Positions 1-9,608 of a stretch of 64,000 bases of DNA are shown here, piece by piece (within the stretch, counting starts at the first letter, position 1; the number at the start of each line of letters is the position of its first letter). Below the pieces are notes generated by a model that saw only the letters and a list, made by a program, of their open reading frames with translations, was not told the origin of the DNA and searched no databases. A program made the translations under genes and the position numbers. The stretch lies in the sequence record OQ689734.1; one strand, written 5' to 3'. This DNA comes from Escherichia phage 4E8.

Positions 1-636
1 TTGCCAACAGGTATTGGCTTCTACAGTCAAGATGTTTCCCCATTCCCAGGAGGTAACGGAGCACCATACCCCTATGCAGAAATCATGACAATATCAGAAG
101 GAGGTCGTGGTGGCAATTGGTCTCAGATTGGTTTCTCTACTATTACCCACCAAGCTCCTCGGTATCGTCAAAGAACTAATGACCCAGCTTTGATCACTAA
201 CTGGAGAGACTTCTTGGTCAGAGACTTAAACACAACTGTGGATGTTAACGGTTTTGTTAAAATAGCATCCCCTATTGTCAAGCTTAAACCAGACGGCTCC
301 TCTGAAGTTAATGATCAAGCACAAGGCGTAATCACAGAAAGATTAGATGTTGGTGTTTATAAGATCTCTGGAGTCTTAGGTTTTAACTCCGACCCTTCTT
401 GGGGTGGTAATGGGGGTGGATTCTCTATTCCTCAAAACTCTAATGGACTTCCTTTACTGTGGGTGGATTATGAAGTGGATGAAGAAGGTGATATTACTCT
501 GAAAACTTATCATCGAACTCACGAGGGAGTTCCTTCTTTTGCAAGTAATGTAATAGAAGGTGTGGTGGATGGAGAACCTGTTGACATTCCAGAAGGACGT
601 TGGGTAGATCTTCGTGTAGAGATGCCAACCGAGTAA
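1..636 (+). CDS. virion/tail-fibre-like protein, C-terminal fragment (5' end outside window)
   Basis: ORF open at window edge; Gly/Asn-rich sequence; directly upstream of tail fibre genes. Confidence 0.5.
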   Translation: MPTGIGFYSQDVSPFPGGNGAPYPYAEIMTISEGGRGGNWSQIGFSTITHQAPRYRQRTNDPALITNWRDFLVRDLNTTVDVNGFVKIASPIVKLKPDGSSEVNDQAQGVITERLDVGVYKISGVLGFNSDPSWGGNGGGFSIPQNSNGLPLLWVDYEVDEEGDITLKTYHRTHEGVPSFASNVIEGVVDGEPVDIPEGRWVDLRVEMPTE

Positions 637-645
637 ATTAACAAT

Positions 646-664
646 GCTCCCTTCGGGGAGCTTT
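646..664 (+). terminator. UUCG-tetraloop hairpin, terminator-like
   Basis: gctccc-ttcg-gggagc stem-loop followed by TTT, then RBS AAGGAG of next gene. Confidence 0.4.
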
Positions 665-676
665 AAGGAGATTTAA

Positions 677-2863
677 ATGTCTAGAGAATTAATGCCCAAA
701 TCTGGGATAATGATGCCTCATGTTGTTATTAACCGAGATGCTGCAGTAGTGGGTGTATCTACTGTAGATGGGGCCGCTGGTGCTATCAACTTAACAGAAA
801 AATACCTTCAGAAGTCTGACGCTGAAGCAACCTATCAAACGAAAGCAGAAGGGGCTACTAAGCAATATGTAACCGACGCTATCAACCCCATTATGACAAA
901 TGCTCTTTTTAAAGATGACCCCTTTGTTAATAATGACACACCTATTCGCTCTGGCGGTGGTAATGGTGTTGAATCGGTAGATATGATTAAAGTCACCCCT
1001 GAGAACACCATCAAACTAGGGAGCTATGCTTCTTCTGTTCAGGGGGTTGAGATTCATTCTGCTGGTCGTCTTCAGGTTGTTGATCAGAACGATTCTGGAG
1101 TCGAAACTAAATATCCGGTATACTCCAAAAGATATCGCCCAGAAGTTGAGGATTTACCTTTCGCTTCAATTGGCTCCTATGTTAAAGACTCCAAAGGACG
1201 CACAATTGGTGTAACTCGTACTGGTATCAACTCTGATATCAAACAGTTTACGCAGAAGGTAACTTTCCAGCAACCTGTTACTATTCCTGATGCTGTAGGT
1301 GATTATGATGCAGTTACACTAAGACAGCTTCGTAACAGTGGTGGAGGTTCTGGTGGTCCTACCATGAGCGGTATCTCCAACTTTGGTATTGGTGATTTCC
1401 ATCTTCGTGATAGTCGTGCTTTTATCCCAGCTTTTGAAGTGTTATCTGACGGTCAGCTTCTAAATCGTGCAGACTATCCGGACCTGTGGGCTTATGCTCA
1501 ACTGCTATCCCCAATAACTGATGAGGATTGGCGCTCTTCTATGTATAATAGAGGTAAATATTCCACTGGTGATGGTTCTACTACTTTCCGCGTTCCTGAC
1601 AGGAATGGTATCCAAAGGAGTGGTGTTAATGGTTTTGTTGGGGAAGACTCTCTGGGAGCGCTGTATGGTCGAGGTGATGGTGGAGCTTCGGCTGCGAACG
1701 GTCTGGTATTTGATTCAGCTGCACCAAACATCTACGGCAACATTGGCGGCGTGGTAGCCTATGGGCAGACTGGTGCTATCGTCAGGGGGCAGGAAGAAAT
1801 GGCTTTGGCACCACAACCCACAACAGGCAATGGTGTTTTAAGAGTAAGTTTGGATGCGTCAAAAGTAAGCCCAATTTATGGTCGGTCAAACAGTGAAATC
1901 ATGGGTCGTAACTTTGTTGGTGTTTGGACTATTCGCGCTCATGGTGGTTTTACTGCTGCTAATACTTCTTGGTCTGTTATTGATAGTGACTCGACAGAGC
2001 CTGCATCCGGAACAGTTGTCAGGGGCGGTAGTGTCAAATCTGAATACAAGATTGGTACAAGCCCAAAATATCAAGCATATCTTCAGGCATATGGGAAAAT
2101 TGGTGGGTTAGCAATTGACCGAGGTGCAGTTCTATCAAACGGGGTACAGGAGTGGTTCTTTAATCAAGATGGGACTTTGTATTTCCCAGACGCAGAGACG
2201 CAAATTGGTACATTAAGGTCTGATGGCGCGTTACATATTAGCGCATACGTCAGGCCAAAGGATATCGTTGTAAATCCATTAAACTCTGTTGGGGTTGCAG
2301 CTTCAGAAAGAAACGCCATCAGAATGATCAACTACGCAAATGTACCAGAAGGGGGTTATATTAACTCAGTTGGTGGCGACTGGTACGACGGAACGTGGAC
2401 CCTCGGTGGGGTTAGGAGTGGTTCAACCTTATTGGACCGTGCACAGCTTAACGTCTATGATGGGCTTAGTGGCAGTGCCTCGTATTTATTCGGTTCTGAC
2501 GGCATAGCAAGGTGTCAGGAATGGCGAAGCACATCTGACGAACGGATTAAAAGCAATATTGAGCGTATCAGTGATCCACTCTCCAAGATGAAAAACATCA
2601 AGGGGGTTACGTGGGTTCTGGAAACCAACGGCTCGGTAGGGTACGGATTCATCGCACAGGACGTAGAGAAGGATTTTCCTGAAGCTGTATCAGAAATAAA
2701 GGCTTCACCAGTCACTCTGCGAGACGGGTCTGTGTTGGACAATGTAAAGTCAGTTAACACCTCGGGAGTTGCTGCTGCGTTGCACCATGAAGCTATTCTT
2801 GAACTTATGAAGCAGGTTGAAGATCTTAAGAAAGAGGTGTCAGAGCTTAAGTCTAGTAAGTAA
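677..2863 (+). CDS. tail fibre with C-terminal intramolecular-chaperone (S74-type autoproteolytic) domain
   Basis: AAGGAG RBS; C-terminal SDERIKSNIE...GVTWV motif typical of self-cleaving tail-fibre/endosialidase chaperone domains; Gly-rich repeats. Confidence 0.8.
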   Translation: MSRELMPKSGIMMPHVVINRDAAVVGVSTVDGAAGAINLTEKYLQKSDAEATYQTKAEGATKQYVTDAINPIMTNALFKDDPFVNNDTPIRSGGGNGVESVDMIKVTPENTIKLGSYASSVQGVEIHSAGRLQVVDQNDSGVETKYPVYSKRYRPEVEDLPFASIGSYVKDSKGRTIGVTRTGINSDIKQFTQKVTFQQPVTIPDAVGDYDAVTLRQLRNSGGGSGGPTMSGISNFGIGDFHLRDSRAFIPAFEVLSDGQLLNRADYPDLWAYAQLLSPITDEDWRSSMYNRGKYSTGDGSTTFRVPDRNGIQRSGVNGFVGEDSLGALYGRGDGGASAANGLVFDSAAPNIYGNIGGVVAYGQTGAIVRGQEEMALAPQPTTGNGVLRVSLDASKVSPIYGRSNSEIMGRNFVGVWTIRAHGGFTAANTSWSVIDSDSTEPASGTVVRGGSVKSEYKIGTSPKYQAYLQAYGKIGGLAIDRGAVLSNGVQEWFFNQDGTLYFPDAETQIGTLRSDGALHISAYVRPKDIVVNPLNSVGVAASERNAIRMINYANVPEGGYINSVGGDWYDGTWTLGGVRSGSTLLDRAQLNVYDGLSGSASYLFGSDGIARCQEWRSTSDERIKSNIERISDPLSKMKNIKGVTWVLETNGSVGYGFIAQDVEKDFPEAVSEIKASPVTLRDGSVLDNVKSVNTSGVAAALHHEAILELMKQVEDLKKEVSELKSSK

Positions 2864-2869
2864 TCTAGT

Positions 2870-2887
2870 AGCCCCTTCGGGGGCTTT
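2870..2887 (+). terminator. weak UUCG-tetraloop hairpin
   Basis: agcccc-ttcg-ggggct followed by short T stretch. Confidence 0.3.
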
Positions 2888-2957
2888 AGTAGTAAGTATG
2901 TTCAAGAAGTAATGAAACTACTATATCACAAAAGGAATACACATAGGAGATACGAAG

Positions 2958-3176
2958 ATGAAAATGATGAAACAAATTAGTTATGGGTTAGCTTGTGTTG
3001 CTACCGGTTTTGCTGTGTCAGTGGCTGTCCCTGTTAATGCAGTGCACCCCCTGGTCACGCAACCTGCACCAATCGAGAAGTTAAGTGCATCTTGTAAGCA
3101 GCGTACAATTCAGAATAACCTTGTGGTTATCTGTCCGGACTCTGATTCTAGTGCTCTGAGAAACATGCTTCAGTAA
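2958..3176 (+). CDS. small secreted or membrane-anchored protein (possible holin-like partner of endolysin)
   Basis: RBS GGAGA; N-terminal hydrophobic segment ISYGLACVATGFAVSVAVPVNA; immediately upstream of lysozyme. Confidence 0.5.
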   Translation: MKMMKQISYGLACVATGFAVSVAVPVNAVHPLVTQPAPIEKLSASCKQRTIQNNLVVICPDSDSSALRNMLQ

Positions 3177-3206
3177 TTTAGGGCTGACTGGAAAGGGAGG
3201 TGAGAA

Positions 3207-3698
3207 ATGGATAATGTCGCATTGCCACCGATACAACTGAGCTTAAGCCCAGACGGGATGGAATTCATCATGAAGCATGAAGGTATGAGAACTCGTGCTT
3301 ACCAAGATTCCGCAGGTATCTGGACGATATGTGTTGGGGCTACGCGCGATATGAATGGGTATCCAGTAAGACAAGGATTAACGTATTCTATAGAGGATTG
3401 TCTAGCTCTGCTAGATAGAGACACACAAGACTCTGTTCGTGCTACTCAGAAAAATATAAGAGTTCCTATGTTAGCTCACGAGTTTGATGCTGTCACTTCT
3501 TTCAATTTTAATGTTGGTGGTGGTGCTCTTTCAACCTCAAAACTTAGGAAAGTAATCAACGGGGACGTAAAGGGTGATGTTTATTCAGAGTTCTTACGTT
3601 GGGATAAGATAACTGTTAAGGGTGTAAAACAGCAGAGTCCGGGGCTTCACAATCGTAGGGTTGCAGAAGCAGACCTATACACCACAGGAAAATATTAA
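3207..3698 (+). CDS. endolysin, GH24 lysozyme (T4-lysozyme/lambda R-like)
   Basis: RBS GGGAGG; motif HEGMRTRAYQDSAGIWTICVG matches catalytic Glu / Asp / Thr region of phage lysozymes. Confidence 0.8.
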   Translation: MDNVALPPIQLSLSPDGMEFIMKHEGMRTRAYQDSAGIWTICVGATRDMNGYPVRQGLTYSIEDCLALLDRDTQDSVRATQKNIRVPMLAHEFDAVTSFNFNVGGGALSTSKLRKVINGDVKGDVYSEFLRWDKITVKGVKQQSPGLHNRRVAEADLYTTGKY

Positions 3699-3710
3699 TG
3701 GAGGTGCCTT

Positions 3711-4514
3711 TTGGCTATCGAAACAACTGCGGTAGTTACTACCGATTTAAACCCTCTGTACCCACGGGACAGGGATTATCTTTATGAAGGGGCTGCCCAG
3801 ATACGACTGGTCAAACAAGTATTAATTAACACCTTTCCTAACATCACAGAGCCAGTTCAACTTGACTCAGATTCTTTCAACATCTTAGCAAACAAGGTTT
3901 CCTTTACTGGAGATTCTATGGATGTTGGAGGTTTGACGATCAAAAACTTAACTCCGGGAACTGGTGATAAAGATGCTGTAACCAAAGGTCAGATGGAAGC
4001 TTTCATGTTAAACTGGATGCAGAATAAACTCTATCGTATTGGGGCTTACTATATCACTGAAGAAGATATCAACCCCGGAGATTCTAGCTCTCTTGGTTTT
4101 GGTTCTTGGGCTAAAGTAACTGGTGTTGTTATGGGTACTGGTGTTGTTAACCCTGATGGCTCTGTTCCTAATGCTCAGCGTGTAGAGTTCCAAGCAGGTG
4201 GTACTGGTGGTCGTGTATTTAACACAATTCGTGCTGACAACATGCCTCTGACTACAATCAATGGTTCTAGTTTTCAAGTTAGTTCTTATTCTCACTCACA
4301 TAATATCACAATGGGTCGTGGAGATGCTAGTGGTCACAACAGCAGTCCTAATTGGTATAGTCCGGGTGGTGGTTATACTCAGGTAACTGACACTAACACC
4401 CACTCTCACTCAATTACAGGTTCTGTTAGTTTTGGACGTGATGATGTATCAAGACAACCTATTAACACTTTGCCGCCTTTCAGAGCAGCGCATATCTGGA
4501 GACGTATTAGCTAA
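3711..4514 (+). CDS. tail fibre tip / receptor-binding protein with HxH repeats
   Basis: TTG start after GGAGGTG RBS; HSHNITMG and THSHSITG HxH motifs as in metal-binding tail-fibre tips. Confidence 0.6.
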   Translation: MAIETTAVVTTDLNPLYPRDRDYLYEGAAQIRLVKQVLINTFPNITEPVQLDSDSFNILANKVSFTGDSMDVGGLTIKNLTPGTGDKDAVTKGQMEAFMLNWMQNKLYRIGAYYITEEDINPGDSSSLGFGSWAKVTGVVMGTGVVNPDGSVPNAQRVEFQAGGTGGRVFNTIRADNMPLTTINGSSFQVSSYSHSHNITMGRGDASGHNSSPNWYSPGGGYTQVTDTNTHSHSITGSVSFGRDDVSRQPINTLPPFRAAHIWRRIS

Positions 4515-4523
4515 GGAGGAACT

Positions 4524-7500
4524 ATGGCGCTTTATCCAATAAAATCTTTAGGGGCTGTAGGGGTTATTGCTGACCAAGCTCCGACTGATTTAGCACCTAA
4601 TGCTTTCACTAATGCTATCAATGCCCGCTTTGTAGAGCAAAGAGTTTTTAAGACGGGGGGCAATGCCCCTCTTTCTTATGTAGAAGAAGATAAAGAGATT
4701 ACACCACTTTCTTTTATATCAATGCCTTTTGACTACTATAGTGCAGGTAATAGCTTTCTGATTGTTGGTACAGACAAAAAGCTATACAAGCTAACAGATG
4801 AAAGTTTGACAGATATTAGCCGAAAGGTTGCTACTGTCACAAAAAGAGCTTCCGCTTCTATTAAGATATATCCGGTTGTTTCTCAGATTGTTCCTAAAGA
4901 AACTTCTATTTCAATGAATTTCAATCAAACTAAAACCTTGGAAGTTTCTATTCTTCCTGAAGATGCTAACAACACAGCTTTAGTTTGGGAGGTTAGTAAT
5001 TCTTCTTATGGTAAAGTAGAAGCTGATACCGAGAACCCTAAAACTGCAACCTTGACGTCTTATGAAAAAGAAGGGAATTTAGTAGTTACTGTATCAACAG
5101 CTGATAAATCTATTAGTGCTCAGATTGCAGTAAACATCATAGACGGTGATTCTGGTATCTTCTTAAGTCAGGATACAATAACTGTCCGCAAAGGTGGTAA
5201 CACAACGCTAACTGCTGTTACTGGAAAAACTCCTGTAACTTGGGTCTCTAGTAATGCTTCTGTTGTGTCTGTAACACCTAATGCTAATACACTGACAGCT
5301 ACTTTGTCTGCTAATGGTGAGGGTACTGTAACAATAACTGCTGATAACGGAACTAAGAGTGCTTCTTGTCAAATTACTGTTATACCTCAGATAGACAGTA
5401 TCACTCTGAGTCAGACAAGCGTTCAAATGAGCAGGGGTACTCAGTATGTTTTAACTGCTACGATTAATCCTTCAGATGCTCCCAATAAAAGCATAACTTG
5501 GACTTCCTCTAATCCTGCCATTGCCACAGTTTCTGGAAATAGTACAGAAGCGGTAATAACAGGGTTACTAGCTGGGTTTACTGAAATCACAGCTGTTACT
5601 CAAGAGGGTGATAGATCAGCAACCTGTACAGTGAGAGTTGATTTAGCTGGGAGAATGATGCGAACTTCTGCAATGGCTTTATCAGAACCTGTTGTAGATT
5701 CTATACAAGAAGAAGAAACCAATAATACTCCTACCGAATCAGAAGAGGTTTTATATTTTGTTAATGAGCCATCTGGAGTTGATACCTCAGGAATGTATGA
5801 AGGTAACAACTTCTATGATTACTCAAACGTCAATGATATGGAAGGTTTTGCACGAGCTGCACTTATGTCCAGCGATACTCCGTTGCAATCTTTATCACTA
5901 GATATCATCGATGCCTCTCTTGATGTTGGGGAAGATATTGTAATTACAGCCAATGCTTTGCCTGAGGGAGAGTATTTCTATCAGTGGACAGTGGACAAAG
6001 CAGGATATGTTTCAACCACATCTACTACCGGGAAATCTCTAAAACTGACAGCTATTCGTAAAGGTGAGATCAAAGTTACTTGTACTGCTAGTCAAATGAC
6101 TCAGAAAGATTATGATGCTTTTGACGACTATCCTTGGTATCACACCATAATCTCTAACTGTGCAGTGGCTACCACTCACTATGAAACACCACAGGTCAAA
6201 GAATTTGAATCTGAGTATTTCGTAGATCTTCCGGGATGGGGTGAGCAAACAGTCGTTGATAATGATGGCAACCCTTCTGTTAAGAAATTTAACTGGAAGT
6301 GTGAGCGTATTCGTGCATTCAACAACAGACTTTTTGCTCTGAATATGAGGGAATCTAATGCATCTGGTGTAACTACTCACTACCCTCTAAGACTTCGGTG
6401 GTCGAATTTCGCTAACGAAAACAAAGCTCCATCTCTTTGGGATGATTATGCTTATGATCGTTTAACAACTTCAGACCTATCAGCAAACATTGTTGGTCAA
6501 ACTGAGGCTTTGGAAAATGGGTACGCTGGGTATATAGATTTAGCAGATTCTAACGGAAGCTTGATTGATGTACTTCCTCTGAAAGATTACCTTTTTGTTT
6601 ACACGGAGTTCGAAACCTACATTGGTTCTCCAACCAATAACACATATCAGCCCCTTATGTTTAAGAAGCTGTTTAATGACTCTGGCATACTTGCTCCTGA
6701 GTGTGCAGTTGAAGTCGAAGGTGGACACTTCGTAGTAACTCAAAATGATGTGATCTTACATAATGGTGCATCTAAAAAATCTATAGCATCTAACCGAGTC
6801 AAGAATCTTCTCATTAATGAGATCTGTCTAGTAAACCCTCTAGCTACTAGAGTTCACCTACACCAAGACAAGAAAGAGGTTTGGGTTTTATATGTAGGTC
6901 CGGGAGAGCCTAAAGAGAGTTTTGCTTGTAATAAAGCCGCTGTTTGGAATTATGAGTTTGACACTTGGTCTTTCCGTACAATACCATATGCTCAGTGTAT
7001 TGGGTTAGTCGATCCACCAGTTCTTGAGAGAGGTCCAATCTGGGCAGATTTTCAAGAGATCACTTGGGATGATCCCTCTATTAACCAATTAGTCTGGAGA
7101 AAGGATGCTAATAACTTCCGTCAAAGGATTACAATAGTTGGCTCTTTCCTGAAGGGATTCTATCAAGTGGATGTTGGTGCTCTGGACTACATCTATGACA
7201 GAACCAATGATAGGATTATAGAAAAACCTTTAGAAATGAGGCTAGAAAGAACTGGTATTGATTTTGATAGTGTCACTAACGAGTGGAATCAAAAACATAT
7301 TAATAGATTTAGACCTCAAGTCACTGGTACGGGTACTTATACTTTTGAAGTCGGTGGAAGTCAATTCTCAAACGAGTATGGACACAATCACTCAACTAAA
7401 GAGTTTAAGGTAGGCTCAGACCGTCATGTATCTGTGAGGCTGAACCATCCATACCTATTCTATAATGTTATAGATAATGATGTTAACAGTAATGCTTCTA

Positions 7501-7544
7501 TGAATGGTTTAACCATAGAGTTTAATGTTGGCGGTCGAAGATAA
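4524..7544 (+). CDS. large tail structural protein with tandem Ig-like (Big_2-type) domains
   Basis: AAGGAGG RBS; repeated ~80-aa T/S/V-rich modules (TVSTADKSISAQIAVNII, TVTITADNGTKSASCQITVI, TAVTQEGDRSATCTVRV). Confidence 0.75.
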   Translation: MALYPIKSLGAVGVIADQAPTDLAPNAFTNAINARFVEQRVFKTGGNAPLSYVEEDKEITPLSFISMPFDYYSAGNSFLIVGTDKKLYKLTDESLTDISRKVATVTKRASASIKIYPVVSQIVPKETSISMNFNQTKTLEVSILPEDANNTALVWEVSNSSYGKVEADTENPKTATLTSYEKEGNLVVTVSTADKSISAQIAVNIIDGDSGIFLSQDTITVRKGGNTTLTAVTGKTPVTWVSSNASVVSVTPNANTLTATLSANGEGTVTITADNGTKSASCQITVIPQIDSITLSQTSVQMSRGTQYVLTATINPSDAPNKSITWTSSNPAIATVSGNSTEAVITGLLAGFTEITAVTQEGDRSATCTVRVDLAGRMMRTSAMALSEPVVDSIQEEETNNTPTESEEVLYFVNEPSGVDTSGMYEGNNFYDYSNVNDMEGFARAALMSSDTPLQSLSLDIIDASLDVGEDIVITANALPEGEYFYQWTVDKAGYVSTTSTTGKSLKLTAIRKGEIKVTCTASQMTQKDYDAFDDYPWYHTIISNCAVATTHYETPQVKEFESEYFVDLPGWGEQTVVDNDGNPSVKKFNWKCERIRAFNNRLFALNMRESNASGVTTHYPLRLRWSNFANENKAPSLWDDYAYDRLTTSDLSANIVGQTEALENGYAGYIDLADSNGSLIDVLPLKDYLFVYTEFETYIGSPTNNTYQPLMFKKLFNDSGILAPECAVEVEGGHFVVTQNDVILHNGASKKSIASNRVKNLLINEICLVNPLATRVHLHQDKKEVWVLYVGPGEPKESFACNKAAVWNYEFDTWSFRTIPYAQCIGLVDPPVLERGPIWADFQEITWDDPSINQLVWRKDANNFRQRITIVGSFLKGFYQVDVGALDYIYDRTNDRIIEKPLEMRLERTGIDFDSVTNEWNQKHINRFRPQVTGTGTYTFEVGGSQFSNEYGHNHSTKEFKVGSDRHVSVRLNHPYLFYNVIDNDVNSNASMNGLTIEFNVGGRR

Positions 7545-7549
7545 CAAAT

Positions 7550-7580
7550 AGGGGCTTCGGCCCCTTTTATTGTTTTTTTT
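7550..7580 (+). terminator. rho-independent terminator
   Basis: aggggc-ttcg-gcccct hairpin followed by TTTTATTGTTTTTTTT. Confidence 0.6.
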
Positions 7581-7594
7581 AATTGGAGGTACTT

Positions 7595-8563
7595 ATGGGT
7601 GCTGGAGGTTTTCGAAAGAATACTGGTAGAAACAACACCACACTTCCGTACAATGTTGGTTTTCTAAACAATGTGCAGGATACAGAAACTTACAACGTTG
7701 CTGTCTATGATGAACTACAAAAAGTTAGTACAGCAACCAATCAAATGTTTCAAGCCATTGATGAAATACATGAAGAAATTGATGTTAGGATTAAAGCTCT
7801 TAATGCGATGAATCTTCAATTTGATGAACTTGAAAATAGAATTACTACAGAGATCGAAACAGCTATTGCTGATATTCAAACACAGATGGGTAACCTATCC
7901 ACTGAAGATATTTGGGATAATTCAGTACAACCGCCAGTTAAGCTAGAAAGTTCTATGGCAGGATTTAAGACCTCTATAGAAGGTAATGAGGTTAAGATAC
8001 AATCTGTTGAGGGAATCGTAAACCAGCAGGGAGAGGAAATTGGCTTAGTTCAAACAGAGATCTCTAATATCAACAGCAGCCTATCTTCTTATATGAAGCT
8101 ATCTGACTACGAGGCTACGTGGGGGGTTAACTCAAATGTCAACGGTAGGTATGCTGGTGTCAAACTAACTAACAATGGCACGAATAGTCAATTCCAAGTA
8201 ACAGCTAACAAGTTTATTGTCGGTGATGGTAACTCTGGTAACACTCCTTTTGTTTTTGAAGGTGGTAGAGCTAGAATGGAATTCGCTGATATCAAGAATG
8301 TCAACATTACAACTGCTCAGATTGCTAATGCTCGAATCCAATTTGCTCAGATTGATAACGTGTGGATTCAAGATGGACAGATTGCTAACCTTACTGCTAA
8401 CAAGATTACTGCTGGCTCTATGTCCGGTTCTAACTGGAGACTTACAGTAGGTGGAGATTTTGTAATGGGTGGTACAGGCGGTTCTCAGTTGTGGATGAAC
8501 GGTAATAGAATAGATTTTTATGATGGGAGTGGAACTCTTCGCATAAGAATAGGGAGTTGGTAA
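7595..8563 (+). CDS. tail fibre-like protein (coiled coil + beta-helix repeats)
   Basis: ATG 5 nt after GGAGGT (ORF track starts at an upstream TTG that lies on the RBS); repeats AQIANARIQFAQIDNVWIQDGQIANLTANKITAG. Confidence 0.65.
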   Translation: MGAGGFRKNTGRNNTTLPYNVGFLNNVQDTETYNVAVYDELQKVSTATNQMFQAIDEIHEEIDVRIKALNAMNLQFDELENRITTEIETAIADIQTQMGNLSTEDIWDNSVQPPVKLESSMAGFKTSIEGNEVKIQSVEGIVNQQGEEIGLVQTEISNINSSLSSYMKLSDYEATWGVNSNVNGRYAGVKLTNNGTNSQFQVTANKFIVGDGNSGNTPFVFEGGRARMEFADIKNVNITTAQIANARIQFAQIDNVWIQDGQIANLTANKITAGSMSGSNWRLTVGGDFVMGGTGGSQLWMNGNRIDFYDGSGTLRIRIGSW

Positions 8564-8564
8564 T

Positions 8565-9599
8565 ATGGCATATGGAATATGGACAAGACCTGTTGGTCCG
8601 GGTCCGGCGGCACCTGCTGACATTTACATCGATAGTGGTAGCACGTTTCCTCAACTCAAGAATAGAGTTAGCGGTAACTTTGCATTTAGTGGAAACATTT
8701 GTGACCTCCCTATAAACGGGTGGGATGGAAGTGGTCAAATAGTTATTGTCCCAACAGGCTCTGTGGTATGGGAAAGATATATACCGCCTAATGTGACCTC
8801 TGACGTATACTGGATAAATAACATCTCAGTTATTAATAACTCTACTTTTCGAGTTACTATGGATTATAATGTTAATGGGTGGATATTTGATATGGCTTTT
8901 AATGTGTATCAGATATGGCCTAGAGCTAATAGAAACTACGGAATTACTTTTTCTAACACAGCTGATTACTTCTCTATTTCTGACTCTGGTACTGTTGGTC
9001 AGTGTATCTGGGCTTGGGAAGGTGACATAAACGGCTCTCTTCAGATACCAGATATTGGAGGTTTTGATATGAGCCGGGCAACTGTTTATGCAAACTGGAG
9101 TCACGGAGGGGCTGGGTTGTTATATAACCCGTCTAACAGGGTTGTTTATGTGTACCAAAACAGGTCTCACGATAACAGTAACACAAACCAAACAGGCTAT
9201 ATTGGTGGTGTTAGGATTGCTGTTTTCTGCGATGGTTCTGGGGTACCAACTCACAACGGTGGCCTAAATATCTTTTCCCCAAATGGGTCTCAGTGCGTAT
9301 TCTCTACCTACAGAACCCCTTTTAGTGTTGAGGGGTTTATGCCTATGAGTGGAGGTAATACATCTCTGGCCTATCCAATGATACCACTGTCTTATGGGGC
9401 TGGGGCTATACGAGGAAGTGCTAGTGGTTGGTACTTTCAACACACAAGATCTCATATGATGAATGGATCTTCTTTTGGGACAGGGTATGGAAGAATGATA
9501 TACTCTTGGTCAAATCGGTATGATCTCGGTGGTGGGGGTGCTCTAGGATTAAGTATTCCGGTATTAGACGCCAAGAAGATTTTTAGAAGCATACAATAA
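8565..9599 (+). CDS. virion structural protein
   Basis: tightly coupled to upstream gene; Asn/Gly/Ser-rich beta-type composition. Confidence 0.6.
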   Translation: MAYGIWTRPVGPGPAAPADIYIDSGSTFPQLKNRVSGNFAFSGNICDLPINGWDGSGQIVIVPTGSVVWERYIPPNVTSDVYWINNISVINNSTFRVTMDYNVNGWIFDMAFNVYQIWPRANRNYGITFSNTADYFSISDSGTVGQCIWAWEGDINGSLQIPDIGGFDMSRATVYANWSHGGAGLLYNPSNRVVYVYQNRSHDNSNTNQTGYIGGVRIAVFCDGSGVPTHNGGLNIFSPNGSQCVFSTYRTPFSVEGFMPMSGGNTSLAYPMIPLSYGAGAIRGSASGWYFQHTRSHMMNGSSFGTGYGRMIYSWSNRYDLGGGGALGLSIPVLDAKKIFRSIQ

Positions 9600-9608
9600 G
9601 GAGAGGAT

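Noticed and set aside
1026-2111. Short ORFs inside the 728-aa tail fibre gene on both strands (1026-1214, 1498-1731, 1521-1757, 1878-2111, 1886-2074)
   Set aside because: Fully nested in a well-supported long CDS; low-complexity translations; no RBS.
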